DNA of 64,000 nucleotides from Camelus dromedarius (taxonomy: Eukaryota): contig NC_087447.1 of assembly GCF_036321535.1 (NCBI RefSeq), forward strand, positions 38,876,001-38,940,000, read 5' to 3'. Positions 50,645-63,700 of the stretch are shown here, in pieces. The position numbers and the translations under genes are program-made. Below the pieces are notes generated by a model. The model made no database searches. It had not been told where the DNA came from and worked only from the letters and a program-made list of their open reading frames with translations. The stretch's first letter is position 1, and every line of letters begins with the position of its first letter.

Positions 50645-52150
50645 ATAAGTAACTACAATGCGGTGATGACAAAAGCTATCATAGGTACAAGAACAGAGGA
50701 GCGTGTAAATCAGATGTGTCTTGGAGAAGGAACATCGGAATTGAGCCTTAAATAAGGAGTAGGGAAAGTTAAAGGGGGTAACATTCCAGACAGAAGGATC
50801 AGCATGAGCAAAGCTGCAGAGGCATCAGCTTGGTGTTGCTGGAGTATAAACTGCAAGGCAGGGAGGGAGAAGGGAAGCTGGACGACTCAGGAGGGGGCGG
50901 GTCAAAGATGGTTGTATAGACTATATTGAGGAGATCGTACTTTGTTTTAAGGAAGCCACTGAAGGTGTCTAGCAGAGAGTGAGAGATTGGCTGTGTGCTT
51001 TGGATAGACTATTCTGGTTATACACAGAATGAGTTTTAGAGTGCCAGAGAGGAGGAAGTGAGTCTACCAGGGGGTGGTTGGAGTGTTTGGGGTAGGAAGT
51101 GATAAGGACCAGAGTAGAGCAGTGGTAGACAAGGAGGACAGAAAGGAAGAGGGGAAGGAGGAGAAGGGGAAGGAGGAGAAGGGGGAGGAGGAACAGGAGA
51201 GGGAGGAGGGGGATTGAGGCAAGTCCACAAGTAGAGCAGTGAGGATGACTCCCAGGTTTCTGGCTTGGACATCCATGTATAATGAGTGACCAAGACGGTA
51301 ACACAGGAGCAAGAATTGGGGTGGGAATATGACCAGTTCCTTTTATAAAGTGTCTGTGTACATCCTCAAGGAGTGACAGGTGGACTCTGGAGATACGGAT
51401 CTGAAGCACAGGAGAAGGACCTGAGCCAAGGCTATAGATTTGGAATCACCAGAAGGGCAATCAAGCTTATGAATGGGTCACTGCCAGAGAGCATTTGAAG
51501 GAGAGAAGAGGGCTAAGCACAGAGCTTGTGTAACAAGAAGGAAAAAAGAAAAGCAACGTCAATAAGAGGTAGGGAAAACCCAGCATACAGTTGTGTTAGG
51601 GAAAGCCAACAGAGGGGAGAGATCGAGGAGAATGGAGTGGTCACCCGTGTCAACTGGTGCAACAAGGTCAGAGGAGATAAGGACTTGCTGACAAGTGCCC
51701 GTTAGGTGTTGGATGTGACTAGCCAGAGAACAATGTGCTGAAGTGTGCGTGGCAGGGAGGGAGCTGAGATAGAAAGGCAAGAGAGAACTGCTATTTCAAG
51801 ATTGGAGGTGACAGGAGAGAAACAAGAAGGAATTTGTGTGAGTAGCCAGTGGAGGGAGTTCCTACCTCTCCATGAGGTATGTTTGAACAGGTGGCTAGGG
51901 GAAAGGGAAGGAAGCAGGGAGAGCGAGAGATTAGAAAGAAACATAGACAGGTAGGTGTCCTGGAACAGTTAAGGCAGGAAGGGCACCTGAGCAGGGGGTA
52001 GGCCTGGCCTGCACCAAGTGGAGCGATGCAGCTCCTGAGACCCAGGGAAGGGCAGAAGCACTGAGGTGAGTCTGTAAGTAGAGGGGTTCACGCCTGAAGG
52101 TCTGTGATGTGGGGGGAAGGAGTCTGAACTGATGTGGGAACTCCAGGATA
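50645..52150 (-). mobile_element. Long L2 fragment with a purine-rich (GGA-type) tract at ~51136-51212
   Basis: acattccagacagaaggatcagcatgagcaaag...ggatgactcccaggtttctggcttggac...gctatagatttggaatcacc...aggtcagaggagataaggac. Confidence 0.75.
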
Positions 52151-54296
52151 CTGGAGAAGACACTAAATGACCACCACAGAAGGGGGCAAAGCAACCCACC
52201 AGGGATGCTCAGAAGAGTTGCGCTTTGTTTCTGTTTGGTTGACCCAGAAGCCTAGGTGCAAGAGAATGTGCCCCGGCAGAAAAACAACAGCTTGAGTATT
52301 CGTGTGAATCCTTTCTTTTTCCTTTCGCTTTTCTCCAAAAGGCAAGTGTCTTGCGAAACCTTAAGCTGCCTTTTTCTTCCCATAGATGCAGCAAGTGTCA
52401 GGGATTTGATGGGAGGCCTACACTGCCCAGAAATAATATTACTGCTTAAGTTTCCAGAAGGCCTCGTCAGGCCTTCTTCTGGTCCCGCCTCCTTAGGCCC
52501 CAGGCAGGCAACGTCTATTGAAATATTGGCTGCAGGGTGCCAGACCTCTGAAGGCCATTTTTCCTTACAGCCTGACTGGACCTGCCTGGTTGAGAGGTGG
52601 CATAAGCAGGTATGTTTCAGACATGGGAGCTATGTCTCTGCAGCAGGCGGAGAAAGCATTTCCTGGTTGAAGAGTAGTGTAGAAGGGTTTGGGGCTTGTC
52701 TCAAGCTCCCCAAACAGCAGAGGCCTGAGAAACAATCTCAGGTATCTCCCTCTGCCTCCCCTCTGTCGGCTGAAACCCTCAGCAGAGGGTCTCCATCAGC
52801 CAAGTGAAACCCTCCAAGACAGGTGCCCATTTCAGGGTAGATCGTCTTTTTTCTCATTCACTGTGGCTTTCTCTCTTGGAAGATCATGATGGGTGAGTCT
52901 GCAGTCAACCCCTTAATCTAACCTCCTCCGAGGTCAGCCCTGGGTGGGGACAAGGAGCAGGCACACGAGGGAGAGTAAGGAGACACTAAGTAAGCCCATC
53001 TGAAAAAGAACCTTTAGAAACAGGAACCTCAACCCCAGGAGGGAGTTAACCTTCCTCAGCTGTCTGAATCTGGGCCTCTCCCACCTGTCACAGTCTCCAT
53101 TGGTGCCCCTCACCTCACCCTGCTCCTACATCCACCCAGCCTGTTTCCTCACCCCTCATTTCTGGATTCACTGCCCTTTCTCCAGTCCCTCAAAGCTCGG
53201 CTGCATCCTGTGCCAGACACCTTCTAGCAAATACTTCTTGATTGCACAATCTTATATATGAGCAGGAAATGGGACAATTCTGGGACTGATGGAAGGAAAG
53301 ACAAACTTCAAGTTATCAGTTACGCTGAAACATTTACTGAGCATGCCAGGTACTTTAAAAAATAAACCGTCCTATGGGAGAGCTCACAATGGAACGGAGA
53401 AAACGAAGTAAAAGGTATTTTCAGTCTAAATGGGGATAAGTCCTGTTTTCACATAGCTGAAGGCAAAACCCCTAATCATTTCAGATTTTCTCAAGCAAGA
53501 CATTCTAAAATTAGCAATTTGCAACTGCCTGCATGCTATGGTAATTATGAGAGATTCCAGGGCACAGGCTCTAGAACTCAGCTTTAAGGACAGAAATACC
53601 TTCTCAGTCTACCAAGAATTGAACAATCTCTACAGGAACTGATTTTCCATATTGATATATGTAAGCATTATAATGGGAATTACAAAGCTAGCTGTAGGAC
53701 TGTAGTTACTTGGCTACAAAGACAGGACCTACACTCCTGGCTGGCACCAGAGAAAGACCGAGTAAGAACCAGTAAGCACAGAACTAAATGTATTTACCGA
53801 GTATATCAAAAACAAATCAAACACCTGGACAATTTCAAGAGCTATCATAGCCTAGTAAGTTGCTGTTCTCTAGTCATGAGACAAAAGTGCCATCTCAAGA
53901 TCTGGAGTTAAAAACCCAGAATAAATGGACCTTTTTTTTTTTAAACACTTTTGTGATTTTTCCAGATTCCACGCACCCTAATCTGTAAGTTACTTAAAAT
54001 AAAAACTACTTTGGTTTACCAAAAACTCAGGTCATTGCAGAAAACGTGGAAACTATGACAGAATAGGGGACAAAAAGCTAGACCATCCTTAATTATCACA
54101 TAAGGCTAACTTCTTGAACATTTTGGCATTATTCCTGCAAGGTCAGATCTTTTTCTATATAGGTATTTTGTGTCATATTTTACATACTGATTTTTAGTTT
54201 CAAGTGGGACTTTCCAGACCTTGTCCTAGATCCTAGGAATGGACTCTACTTGGACCTTGTTGGTATCTCATGAAGATGGACTACACATATACAGAC

Positions 54297-54478
54297 CAGG
54301 GTTCTCCAACTTTAGTGTGCATTGCAATCACCTGGAGGACTTTTAAGAACAGGTTGCAGGGCCTCAACCCCAGTTTCTAATTCAGTTAAGTCTGAAAGTT
54401 GCATTTCTATTGCGCTCCCAGGTGACGCAGATGCTGCTGCTGCTGCTGGTCTAGGGATCACACTTTGAGAAATCACAG
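54297..54478. mobile_element. MER5A
   Basis: gttctccaactttagtgtgcattgcaatcacctggagg...ttgcatttct...ctcccaggtgacgcagatgctgct...ggtctagggatcacactttgagaa. Confidence 0.87.
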
Positions 54479-55204
54479 AAAACTGAAAAACAGAGATGAA
54501 CTGTTTAAACACTGGTGTGGTTCTGTATTCTCAAAAACACTTAGTGACACTCTTTGAGTAGAATTTTTTCTCTTAAACTGATTTCATTTAGAAAACAAAT
54601 ACAATGGGTCAGTTCGTTGAAAGTCCAACATCTATTCAAATTTAATAGGAAAAGATGTGCGTTAGCTAGGAGAATCTTCTGAGAGTTTTTGACCACAGCC
54701 ATTCCACAGCCCACAGTTGAATTCCAAGCAGACAAAGCCCTCCGCTGGTCCCCAACTGCCTCCCTAGTCTCATCTTTCCTTAGCCATTTTATCCTTTATC
54801 ACCAAAATATTTCCTCACTGCTCCTCACACTTCCCTTTCCATGTGCCCTTCTCTGTGCCTGGAATGCTCCCCAGCCCGGCATTCTACCAATCAGACTTAA
54901 AACCACAATTCAAATGCCGTGTCTGTATGAGCTCTTCCCTGAAATACTAAGCAGTAAATCAATCCTCTGTGCTTTTAGTACTTTGTTCTTTACTTTATGT
55001 TATATTAAAACTATGTTTACTTACCCATGTTAAGTTATACCACCCTAAAGGGTAGGTGGCATGACATATTCCGGTCTGGACCACTGAGAAGCTTACAGTG
55101 TGCTGAGCGGCTGAGTGACAGACAAATGAACTTATAATTGCAATATAAAACACAGTGCCTAATCCAAGCACATGTCAGAGAAAAACCTGTGTTCCTACAG
55201 TGAA

Positions 55205-55440
55205 AGACAGTATACTGTGATGGACAAGTGCAGTGGGCTTTGGAACTAGACTACCTGCCATTAGCAGTTTAACGTGAGTAAATTACTAACTTCATATACC
55301 TCAGTTACCACACCTATAAAATGTGGGTAACAGAGATGCCTTCTTCAAAGGGTGTTGTAAGGCACAAATGGGTTAATATAAGTAAAATGTTTAGAGTAGT
55401 GCTGGGCATTTTTGAGTGAGTGCTCAACAAATGTTCACTA
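55205..55440 (+). mobile_element. MIR (an L2 fragment precedes it at ~54810-55130)
   Basis: gggctttggaactagac...gagtaaattactaac...cctcagttaccacacctataaaatg...gggtgttgtaagg...gagtgctcaacaaatg. Confidence 0.7.
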
Positions 55441-55700
55441 GTGTTATTTCTACAAACTGAAAGGTACAAAGCTGGTTTTCCTCTCAAGAAATCAACAACC
55501 AAGTTGGGGAAAAAAGACCACAACCTGTGAAAGGTGTAACATAAAGCAGAAAAGAAGGTATTAAATGTCAAAAATTAAGAACTGATGAAATAAACATACA
55601 ATCTCTTGGGATGACTATTTTAAATAAAATCCCATTCATTTGTATGTTTAAGTTCAGATGAACTTATTAAAACATAAAAACCAAGAAAGCAGCTCTAATA

Positions 55701-55777
55701 CTAGGTTGAATCACATGAAATTATCTTTATAGGTTAAGATGATCAAGTATTAGCATTTTAATGTGTTTCAATGTAAC
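55701..55777. mobile_element. MADE2-like mariner MITE
   Basis: taggttgaatcacatgaaatt...attttaatgtgtttcaatgtaa, a degenerate ~80 bp palindromic element. Confidence 0.6.
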
Positions 55778-56273
55778 ACTTTCTAGTTGTGTACTTTGCT
55801 CTCAAAAACTGAAGATAAGCTCTCCACAGATTTACATGAAGAGAGAGACAGAGAAAGAGAAAAATAGAGAGAAAGAATTAGGTTTTCTGTACAAAAGCAG
55901 AAAATTAAGGAATTCTATCTCAAAATCACCTCTGGACACCTAATTCAACCCCATAAAGATAAAACTAAAGTCAAATGTCTAGAAGAACATCTTAAGGTAA
56001 ATATTTTGAAGAGATTAGAAATACTTGTATATTTTAATGAATTCAAAAAAAATCTCCACTGCCTCTCTTAATGTATAAAAGTATAGGTATTGTTATGTGA
56101 TCTGTGACCAAAAAAGGAAAAGAGAAGAAAGAAAAGAAGACAATTATAGTCTCATTCGCCCACAGTAAAGATATTAAACTCATACTTATCACTTCACATT
56201 TTTCTATATGAGTGTATTTTATAGCCATCAACTGCAAATGAGCACTTCAAACCTAATATTACTCAAATTTTTC

Positions 56274-56279
56274 TTTAAT
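56274..56279 (-). terminator. Candidate distal FAR1 polyadenylation signal ATTAAA
   Basis: Plus-strand tttaat reads ATTAAA in the mRNA, near the end of the TE-free block, followed by GT/T-rich sequence (GGTTTGAAGTG...TTTGCAGTTG). Confidence 0.5.
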
Positions 56280-58734
56280 AAAGAAAAATCAAAGGAATTA
56301 TTTAACAAATATGCACAACTATGCTCAAATGACAAAAATGATCTCTTTAGAAATCTTAAGGGTAGCAGAGATGTATGCTAAGAGGGTACCACCATTAAAA
56401 AAAAACCCCAACAAATTCATTCTATGACTAGAAAATGTCTTAAGAATATTAATTCATTAAGAAAATATTTCAATTTTCTTCTATCACAGAGACTGTAAAT
56501 TTAATCAACTCATTTCTATATCAAGTTACACAGTATATATTCCTTTCTCTAGTTTCTCATGCAAAAGATTTGAGTTTTTCTCAAAATAGAGCAAGTCAGT
56601 GCTAATGGTTTCAAGTCAGGGCTTGGAATCAGCCTAGAAAAGCTAGCTTGGAAGGTCTTTTATATTCACTTGTACCCTAGCCTAATAAGAGCTCTCTCCT
56701 TTTTTACAGTTAATCTCTATTACTAACGAATGATCCCTTATACTTACTCAACAGATAAATTACAACAAACATACCTATAGATTAATACAGTATCGTTCAA
56801 TGAGAACAGCTGGAGGCTAATGACACCCTGGCAGTCTCCTGGTACTGTTTTTAGAAATCAGAAAAACTACCTCATTCCAGCTAATACATAAGAATAATAC
56901 TTTAATAAAAAGCGTTTATCCTGCCTATGTGCTTCCCCTAAAAGGCAATGTAAGGCTCAGAACTAAATAAAATTAGAATACAAAAAGTAATGAGTACACC
57001 TAAAAAAATGTAAGAAGAAGTGTGAGTGAGAACTGTTTCCTATAATCCTAACCACATTACCTCATGGGTAACTTTCAGAGTAATTATTGTAAAAATACAA
57101 TAAATACTATAATGGAAATATAGGGATTCATTTATTACTTTTTGGTTTACAAACAAAGGCACCCAATAATGCTTCTATTTGCTTTTTATAAAAGACTATC
57201 AATTTACATTTAAAACAAAAAAGCAAAAAACCCTGAACCAGTTCCTACAGATAAGCACAAAAAGGAGGAGAAATAAGAATTTTTCCTCCCTGCTTCCAAG
57301 CTTTATCACACAGATTCAAAAAATGTTTATTTTACACCATCCTTAAGTCAAAGAATATATTGCCATGCTTCTCTGTATTGAGTTTTAGGACGTATTAATG
57401 TTGCCAAGTCAAATTTAAATATAGTTACCATGACATCACAATGACAAACGCATATGCCAGAATTATAATTACAAGAGTGAAAAGGGGAAAAAAACCCAAA
57501 TGTTTCATAGTATCGCTTTATCAAATGAGTTAAATGAAATATTAAATTTATTTAATAGGCTATCCTGTTAAAATTTGAGTTCACATATGAAATAAAATCA
57601 AACAGAACTAAAAACCATGTGTACCAAATAACATAAATAAAAATGATTTCCAAAATCTTTGAGTTAAGCTTAAATTTAGTTGGTGAGGAATAACAACCTA
57701 TATACTTTTTATACTAATTTTAGAACTTTAAGTTCCAGAATGACATATTAATTTATTCACTAGTTTTCTTTTGACAACAGAATTCTAAACAAACACACAA
57801 AATTAATGCAGTGGCCTCAGCACCCTCCCAGTTAGCACTTTTTTAAGTTAAGATTACAAGAACAATGACAGAGTTCAGAAACATACACCTCCCATGTACT
57901 TCATATGCCTGCCAAAGTTGTTCCTGATTCTTTTTCAAGACACAAAAACAATTCATCTGATTCTAAGTATATTCAGCAGATGTATAAAAATCATACAAGT
58001 TAGCATGTTTTCAACACATTATGGAAATGTATTTGGAGAAGTGGAGTATTCAATGTACAGAGCATCTACTGTTAATTATGTGGGCCACTTTAAATCAAAG
58101 GCATCATCATTTATTCCATTTTTAGACACTGTCATGGTCTCTCATACCTTACACAAGGTATGGTCCTGGACCAAAGACTTGAATATCATCAAAAGAAAAA
58201 TATATATTTATATACGTATTTCTTTTAAAATAACGTTTCAAAAGTTTTACTACAGAAAATCTGGCTTCAACATGGAAGCATTTTCCTTTTCAAGATTATA
58301 CACCTGCATGGAAGAAGGTGATTTCCTTTACATTTAGTTTTTTCACAATAACAAAATAAACTTCTTATACACTGCATTTAAACTGACAAAGAAAATTAAG
58401 TTCCATGTAACTTTTTGTATTGTGAACTGATTTCATTACATATATTCAAGATACATTGTTAATGACTTAAATATATTACAACTTGCTCAGCTAAATTGGA
58501 ACATGTTATGCTGATCTGTTAAACCAAATTAATGTTAAAACAGTAAGGAGAGTTACCATTAAGGTTGAAAGTGAATTATAATGTATCATTAAAATATACA
58601 TTATTTTTCTTGCTATTACTTGTTTCTATAATGCATTTCTTTCTAAAAGCTAAAATCACATGCAGAAAAAAATAAATGATATCTTCAAACTCATCCAACA
58701 GTTTGCTACTTTATATGGTACGTAAATAAAGTCC

Positions 58735-58740
58735 TTTATT
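58735..58740 (-). terminator. Candidate proximal FAR1 polyadenylation signal AATAAA
   Basis: Plus-strand tttatt. Other minus-strand AATAAA hexamers lie at 57131, 57326, 57547, 57752 and 59059. Confidence 0.35.
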
Positions 58741-59845
58741 TAATTTTATACACATTATTTTACGCATTATTTTTCTTGAAGGAATTCAGCTCTAGAGGTC
58801 AAGAGTTAGTATGTGTTTACACACGTATGAGAACATTTTCTTAATGTTATGACTACCTGCAAATACATTCTTTCATAATAATGTACTTTCAGTTTTCACT
58901 GGAAAGACTGTATAAGCCTTTAAAAGTCCTATTAATAAAACTTATAATGGGAGGAGAGCACAAGTATGGTAAACTTCTCCCCACATACACACCTGCTTGT
59001 CAAAGTCTCAAGTAGTCATCCAGCTTCAAAACATGAACAAAATGTCACAGGACTTATTTTTATTTGGTCATAATGTAGACAAGAAAAGTGTATTCCTATT
59101 CTTTTTGATACTAATAGTCTTACTGAATTTTCATTTTCCTTCTAAAAAGACATAGTATATGTTGATATGGAGTCTGAAACTCATTTAGATCCAGTAGGGT
59201 CTTTACATAATAACATACAGCCTTCTGATTATGAAAGCAATTGATTGCTGATAGAAAAGTGATATGCATCAGACCTCTAACCAAAGAAAGGAAAATGAGA
59301 ACATATCTTTCATGTCTGAGACCACTCAATAACTTACAGGATGATGTGAAAATAATTTGGCTGTAATTTAAACAAAACTAAAACCCACGTCAACTGATGA
59401 AAAAAAATCAAACACTGAAGAATCAAATATCTACCTACTTAGCTAGTATTCTTGTCCAAATAAAATGCTTTCCACTGCACTAAATATTAGAATTAGAAAT
59501 TTACTATACGTTAAGGCATATTTTAATTAGTATGTTCCAGAATTGCACAGTTATACTGGTCAACGTTCCTATTTCCCCACTTCTACCCTCACCCCATCCC
59601 TTTTCCCCAGGAATCAAAACGTTAGGTCATGGTTTTGGTGGCTACTGTAGATTTGAGCTGGCATACCACAGTGTATTCACTAGGTTTTCATGAGCATAAA
59701 CATTAAAATGTTACATAAAATGTACCACACTCTGATCTAAGACGGTTTAATATCTTGACAAAAGGTGAGATGACTTAAGTACATTTTACATTTTGTGCAT
59801 TTAGACCACCATATGCATAGATGTTCTAATGCTAAATTCTTGTCT

Positions 59846-60076
<231 letters not shown>

Positions 60077-60738
60077 TTAATCTAATCGAAGTTCAAATAT
60101 GTGTCATTATGAAACTTACTTAAAAACTAACTAGAAGTCCTTAAATCAGAAAGTTAACAAAAGTCAAACAAACTGTGCACACACTGGACAGCAGTCCATT
60201 AAACAATGCATTACCTCTATTAACAATGAATAACACAAAGGTTTTTTTACAACGGCATATTTGGGATAATTTATTTATTCAATAAGTATTAATGTGCATT
60301 CTTCTGTGTGCCCAGTACTGTATTAGGCAACAAGTCTATTAGTAGGTAAAACAACATGTCCCTCGCACTTCCAGAGTTTCCTATCTAATCTAAAAAGGTA
60401 TATTCATTATATATATCATCCTACAGACAAAATAAACACTTTTTGGACATCTTTATCTGCTTAGAAGTTGTCAGACAAGTGAATTTACTCCTTTAGTTAT
60501 ACCTGACAGTCACACGATCAAAGGCCAACTGGACACAAATGAAATATGGCACCTGCTCTATGCAGGAGGACCCTCCCAGTCTCAAAGAGCAAAATGCACA
60601 TTATCTTGCTCACGTTTCAAAACATTTTTGATGTTTTTTCAGTGGTGTTAGAAAGGAATACAAACACAAAACTTTAGATATGCAATAGTGCTACATATAT
60701 TCCATTAACTTCAACAGGCAGTTTGAGATATAGGACCA

Positions 60739-60957
60739 CAGCTGATCTTTGAACAATGCGGGGGTTGGGATACCAACCCTCCACACAGTTGAGAATCCAA
60801 GTATAACTTTACACTCAGCCCTCCTTATCTGTGTTCCTGCATCAGCAAATTCAACCAACATCAGATTGCGTAGTCCTGTAGTATGTATTTATTGAAAAAA
60901 ATCTGCACGTAAGTGGAACCCTCTCAGTTCAAACCCATGTTGTTCAAGGGTTAATTG
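60739..60957. mobile_element. Tigger2/MER8-like MITE in the last FAR1 intron
   Basis: Terminal inverted repeats cagctgatctttgaacaa...ttgttcaagggttaattg followed by TA. Confidence 0.82.
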
Positions 60958-60984
60958 TACAATATATGAATAATGAATGTAAAT

Positions 60985-61190
60985 AAAAGAGCTTTGAATT
61001 AGGAATCAAAGATCAGTATTCTAATTTACTCTGCCACTTAATACAATATGACCTTGTCAAACACAATTTCCTAAGCCTCAGTTTCCTCATTTATACAACT
61101 AGCTGCCCTGTAAGGCCTCATAGAGTTGAAAACACAAGGAAAATGTGAAAGTTCTGAAAAATTCATAAAAATTGTATTAAAAAAGCTACT
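60985..61190 (+). mobile_element. MIR in FAR1 intron
   Basis: gagctttgaattagg...ctctgccactta...tgaccttg...ctaagcctcagtttcctcattt. Confidence 0.75.
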
Positions 61191-61748
61191 ACAAATAAAA
61201 GAGATTACTTTTAAAGTTAACTGTATCTTTGAGTGATAGATTAACAGTAATTTTTCCTTTCCTATTGTCTGAATTTTTAAAAAACAATCAGTACGTATTA
61301 CTTTTACAAAGGGACTAAGGGAATATTTATAATTATTTTATAAACAAAGAAAAATATTCTACACTTTTCCTCTTCCAAAGATGTATTTAAGTAGGGCAAA
61401 AAAACAAACAAAAACTAATCTTTAAATTACCTCCAGTTTAAAACACATTTTTATTTTCTCCTAGTATCTTTACTACTTTAGTAGCAATATAAAGGAAGGT
61501 AACAGTGATTATTAAAGCTAAATTCCACCTGAACTTAGTACTAAGGAACAGTATAAATAGATGAAAATAGTAAGTTTCAACACTCATAGGCTAAGTCAAT
61601 ACTACCATAGTTACAGTCCAAAGGCAAGCACTTTTCCTAAATACAGTGAATGAAAAGATACTGCTAATAATATACTGTATCAGCTTACCAAAAAACCTCT
61701 AACATTTCATAGGGAAGACAAGATAAAACCAAGCCCATATAAAACTTA

Positions 61749-61877
<129 letters not shown>

Positions 61878-62439
61878 CTACATAAACAAATATTATTGGT
61901 TATTTTCGTAAATAACTTTTTTCACAACCAGTCAAAAACTCGTACTTTTTCTAAAGGCTAGTTCCACATGACATGATTACAAAATGTTTACAGTATTAAT
62001 TTTGAATGCTATTCACAGAAAATTCTTATTCCTATTTCACATCTTTCATTAAACACAAAACATTTTAGTATAATCTGAAAACTCATGTCAACATTTAAAG
62101 AAGACTATATGAAGTGCACGTGATTCTAAATTTGAAAAGATACTTAACCTCATTAATAAAAATGGATATGCAAATTAAAACTAGACTGAGGTATTTATTA
62201 CTTATTAGATTTGTAAAAAATGTAGACTTTGACATCATATTCTGGTGAGGCCTTGTGCAAGTAGGCATTCTCATACATTGCTAGAAATGTGTATCATTCT
62301 CCATTCTTTTATTTTCAACTTTGCTGTATCCTTATCTTTCAAATATTTTTCTTACAAGTAGCATACAGATTTTTTTTTCAGTTTGAGTTTTTGACCGTTC
62401 CTTCATCCCACTGTACAACACATACTGCCCAATGGATCA

Positions 62440-62920
62440 TTAGAAGGGGAGTACCCAGGTGAAGAAATAGATTATTATAAAACCCAGAAGATCCCCTCAT
62501 GGCCACTCCTAATCACTATCTCCTCTCTCCTCCCACTAGTAACAACTGTCTTGAATTCTAACACTAAATGTTGTGTTATTTTTTCATTCTTTTGTTGATA
62601 GACATTTGAGTTTTTTCCAGTTTTTGGCTATTGGGAATAAACCTTCTATGAACCCTGTACACACATTTGTGTATGGTATGTATCTAGAAATAGAATAGCT
62701 GAGCCAAAAGATATTCATATGTTCAATTTACTAGCTAATGCCAAACAGTTTTCCTAAGTGGTTGTATCAATTTACATTCCAAGTGGCAATGTATGAGAGT
62801 TCCTGTTAATCCACATCCCTCCCAACTCTTGGCATTTTAATTTAAATTTTTAACTTTAGCCACTTTGGTGGTTATGTAGTAGTATCTCAATGTGACTTTA
62901 GTATGCATTTTGTATTACAT
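62440..62920 (-). mobile_element. L1ME-like fragment in FAR1 intron
   Basis: gatagacatttgagttttttccagtttttggctatt...ggttgtatcaatttacattcc...gtatgagagttcctgtt. Confidence 0.78.
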
Positions 62921-63019
62921 AAAAAGCTTATATAGAAATGGTAAAAGGTGTTAGTAATCCTACTGAAAAATAGTCTAGAGAGATGAACAGTTTACAAATG
63001 TGCACATGTCTAAGACATT

Positions 63020-63700
63020 CAGATCCAGGAAGCACAACTGAAACAGAATAAATTATTTCTAAATTACACCCAGATGCATTCATAGTGAAATCACAGAATA
63101 CCAAGCATAAATAAAAACTCTGAAAAAGAGGCAGGAGTAATAGACCACCTATAAAGCAACAGCAAATTAGACTGATTTTTTAACAGCAATGAAGTAAGAC
63201 AGAATATAAAAAGAAAGTTATCTTTAATGTGCTAAAATCATGTTACAGAAACAAGCATGAAATAAAGACATGCCAGACAACTGAAAACTGACAATTCACT
63301 ACTGGTAGATCCCCTACTCAGCCATATTCTGATATTCCGGATATATTTCAAGCAAGAAGAAAATGATCCTAAAGAGAAGATCTGATAGCAAAGACACTGA
63401 TAATTACACAGTTAAAGTAAAACTGAACAAAATAATCATTTTTAATTATGATGTTTAAATACAGAACTAAAGTAACATATAAACATGTAAGTTAGTGGGG
63501 GTGGTAATCAGAGCTAGAACATTTTATGGTCCTAAATATCATTCAGGAAGACGATATAGAAATTGTTCAATTTAGACTTTGTTAGGTATGCATATTCAAG
63601 TATCTAAGGTAATCTCAAAAAGAAAATACACAGAGTTTACGTTTCAATCTAACAGAGAACAGAATGTGTAATGATAAAATTAAGAGTATATGAAAAACAA
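63020..63700 (+). mobile_element. Old L1/HAL1-like fragment in FAR1 intron
   Basis: ttcatagtgaaatcacagaataccaag...ttagactgatttttt...gaaataaagacat...gaaaactgacaattcact. Confidence 0.55.

Larger units (their letters stand above)
56250..59845 (-). other. FAR1: FAR1 3'UTR (distal end inferred)
   Basis: Follows the stop codon, is very AT-rich, and has no recognisable TE, unlike both flanks. It contains several AATAAA/ATTAAA hexamers on the minus strand. The length fits my recollection of a multi-kb FAR1 UTR. Confidence 0.7.

Noticed and set aside
57894..58337. 147-aa plus-strand ORF antisense to the FAR1 3'UTR
   Set aside because: No recognisable protein similarity and composition simply reflects AT-rich UTR; treated as chance.
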